Source: Escherichia phage vB_Eco_Lzu_P1. From it: a stretch of 44,712 nt of DNA. Shown here in pieces: positions 43,657-44,712 of the stretch. The notes beneath the pieces were generated by a model, which was not told where the DNA came from, made no database searches, and was given only the letters and a program-made list of their open reading frames with translations. The translations under genes were made by a program, and so were the position numbers. Where the stretch lies: the sequence record PQ295795. The stretch is one strand, 5' to 3'. Position 1 is the first letter of the stretch. Every line of letters starts with the position of its first letter.

Positions 43657-43682
43657 GGACCGTGTACAATATACCACGGTCC
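43657..43682. promoter_or_regulatory. Perfect 8-bp-arm palindrome GGACCGTG-tacaatatac-CACGGTCC (operator or RNA stem-loop)
   Basis: Read directly; lies between the 26-aa ORF and the phosphoesterase RBS. Confidence 0.4.
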
Positions 43683-43695
43683 GTATGGCGGCGGG

Positions 43696-43776
43696 TTATA
43701 TCAATTCGCAAATAACCATGCCGATAAAAGCCGCGGTGGTCCAGATCGCTAATACCCAAATATCGCTACGTGCCAT
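43696..43776 (-). CDS. 26-aa hydrophobic micro-protein
   Basis: MARSDIWVLAIWTTAAFIGMVICELI; strong RBS GAGGAG 8 nt upstream; below track threshold. Confidence 0.35.
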   Translation of the reverse strand: MARSDIWVLAIWTTAAFIGMVICELI

Positions 43777-43796
43777 CTTGATTACTCCTCTCGTTG

Positions 43797-43830
43797 ATTG
43801 GTTGCAGTATGGCGTCTATGTTGGTTGCAA
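43797..43830 (+). promoter_or_regulatory. Pair of ATTGGTTGCA motifs (regulatory site; promoter orientation ambiguous)
   Basis: Motif at 43797-43806 and 43821-43830; plus-strand TTGATT - 17 nt - TATGTT, minus-strand TTGACT - 18 nt - CATACT. Confidence 0.35.
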
Positions 43831-43848
43831 GTCAAGCAATAAAAAGCC

Positions 43849-43873
43849 CGGTATTATCCGGGCTTGATTGTTT
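43849..43873 (-). terminator. Intrinsic terminator ending the lysis operon
   Basis: Minus strand AAGCCCGG-ataata-CCGGGCTT followed by TTTATTG. Confidence 0.65.
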
Positions 43874-44039
43874 ACGCTGCGGGGCCGGGTTCTTCCGGCG
43901 GTGGCGGGCTTGGCAGCTTCGCGTCAAAGACGCCTGCATGGCTGATAGTGTCCGCGATGATAGCGCGTGCGCCAGGGTCTTCGGTTTTAGCCAGCGCGGC
44001 GAGCGCGTCAGCGTTATGATCAAGAATACTTTTTAACAT
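43872..44039 (-). CDS. Hypothetical small protein (55 aa) downstream of endolysin
   Basis: ATG 44039 with GAGGTGA RBS 6 nt upstream; MLKSILDHNADALAALAKTEDPGARAIIADTISHAGVFDAKLPSPPPPEEPGPAA; below track threshold. Confidence 0.45.
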   Translation of the reverse strand: MLKSILDHNADALAALAKTEDPGARAIIADTISHAGVFDAKLPSPPPPEEPGPAA

Positions 44040-44055
44040 ATTGTGTCACCTCGTA

Positions 44056-44547
44056 TTATGCAGCGTTACGTCCGATTCGCTCGGCAACGTCCCACTGCTT
44101 GCCATCAAACAACGCCTGTCTGCCGATTGCACGGCGTACCAGACCCTTCAGCACTTCCCCGCCTTGCTTGCGGAACTGCGGCAGAGTAGCACGGACCTTC
44201 GCCCAGTCCCCCAGTCGCACCGCATCGTCGAAATCATTCGCGACGTCATCCGGTACGATAGGACCAGGACCGGCGTTGATTACCAGGTCCACCAGCGCGT
44301 CGAATTGCGCCTGGTTAATGCTCTTATGAGCGTATTTGTTCACCCAGTCCTCAGCATACGCCACATCGCGCTTGAGCAGTGCCAGCGCTTCCTCGCGGGT
44401 AATGCTTCGAGGCGGATTAGTGCCAGTATGACCATAACCCCAGGTGTACAGGCCGCGGGCCTGCTCTTTCTTGGTCGCGAAATACGGCACCGGGCTGAAA
44501 GCCTCCCATGCTGCCGTAAATCTTAGACCGTTGTCACTGAATCGCAT
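44056..44547 (-). CDS. Endolysin (GH24 T4-type lysozyme)
   Basis: N-terminal catalytic region FTAAWEAF ... LYTWGYGHTG matches Glu/Asp/Thr lysozyme core; 163 aa; preceded by two holin-like genes. Confidence 0.8.
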   Translation of the reverse strand: MRFSDNGLRFTAAWEAFSPVPYFATKKEQARGLYTWGYGHTGTNPPRSITREEALALLKRDVAYAEDWVNKYAHKSINQAQFDALVDLVINAGPGPIVPDDVANDFDDAVRLGDWAKVRATLPQFRKQGGEVLKGLVRRAIGRQALFDGKQWDVAERIGRNAA

Positions 44548-44712
44548 GTTTTACCCCATTCAAAACAGCATTACGCAGTGTGCGCAATGCAAACAGCCAG
44601 ATTAACGCGGTCCAGGTGGTATCAGATACGTCTCCTGTTTGCAACAGTCCGATAATACAGACCATTGCCGTTAACAGATACAGCACCCGGCCGAAAATGC
44701 CATCCCGGACGG
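44534..44712 (-). CDS. Small holin/antiholin-like membrane protein, C-terminal part (5' end beyond window; same gene as 1..194)
   Basis: Continuation of the ORF starting at 194 through the repeated end; stop TGA at 44534-44536 overlaps the endolysin start by 14 nt. Confidence 0.5.
   Translation of the reverse strand, partial: VRDGIFGRVLYLLTAMVCIIGLLQTGDVSDTTWTALIWLFALRTLRNAVLNGVKHAIQ
44586..44712. repeat. Terminal overlap, copy 2 (identical to 1..127)
   Basis: Direct reading. Confidence 0.9.

Noticed and set aside
1-44712. Lysogeny module, tRNA genes, integrated mobile elements
   Set aside because: No ORF with integrase, excisionase or CI/Cro-like features, and no cloverleaf-like tRNA candidates, were seen on either strand. 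Absence judged by eye only; tRNAscan and HMM searches would be needed to be certain.

Overview
The window is an essentially complete genome of a tailed dsDNA bacteriophage with a lambda-like siphovirus tail module, about 44.6 kb of unique sequence. Bases 1-127 are repeated exactly at 44586-44712 and a small membrane-protein ORF reads across that junction, so the record is a circularly closed or terminally redundant assembly opened inside the lysis cassette. Three transcription blocks can be read directly. (i) Plus-strand early/replication block, about 5.9-18.6 kb: a highly charged low-complexity protein, PD-(D/E)xK exonuclease, SSB-like protein, family-A DNA polymerase, VRR-NUC nuclease, SNF2-like helicase, C5-cytosine and N6-adenine DNA methyltransferase-like genes, an HNH endonuclease and a HAD phosphatase. 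(ii) Minus-strand block running 5.7 kb to 0.2 kb, across the junction to 43.9 kb: HTH regulator, primase-helicase, small ORFs, then an intrinsic terminator followed by two holin-like proteins and a GH24 endolysin. (iii) Minus-strand morphogenesis block, 43.8 to 18.6 kb: small and large terminase, portal, head morphogenesis protein, overlapping spanins, scaffold, major capsid, connector proteins, major tail, G/GT frameshift chaperone, tape measure, lambda M/L/K/I/J-like tip proteins and a tail fibre with a C-terminal chaperone domain. Two plus-strand promoter-gene-terminator cassettes interrupt the late block (20.5-21.7 kb and 36.5-37.4 kb). I found no integrase, excisionase, CI-like repressor, tRNA or CRISPR array by eye, so the phage is probably virulent. 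The most unusual signals are non-coding: two copies of a roughly 170-bp hairpin plus GTCCCGC-iteron element 27.8 kb apart, and an 8-10 bp core (TTGGTTGC) present about eleven times, always intergenic and mostly at promoters. All functional calls are from motif reading and gene order, without database searches.
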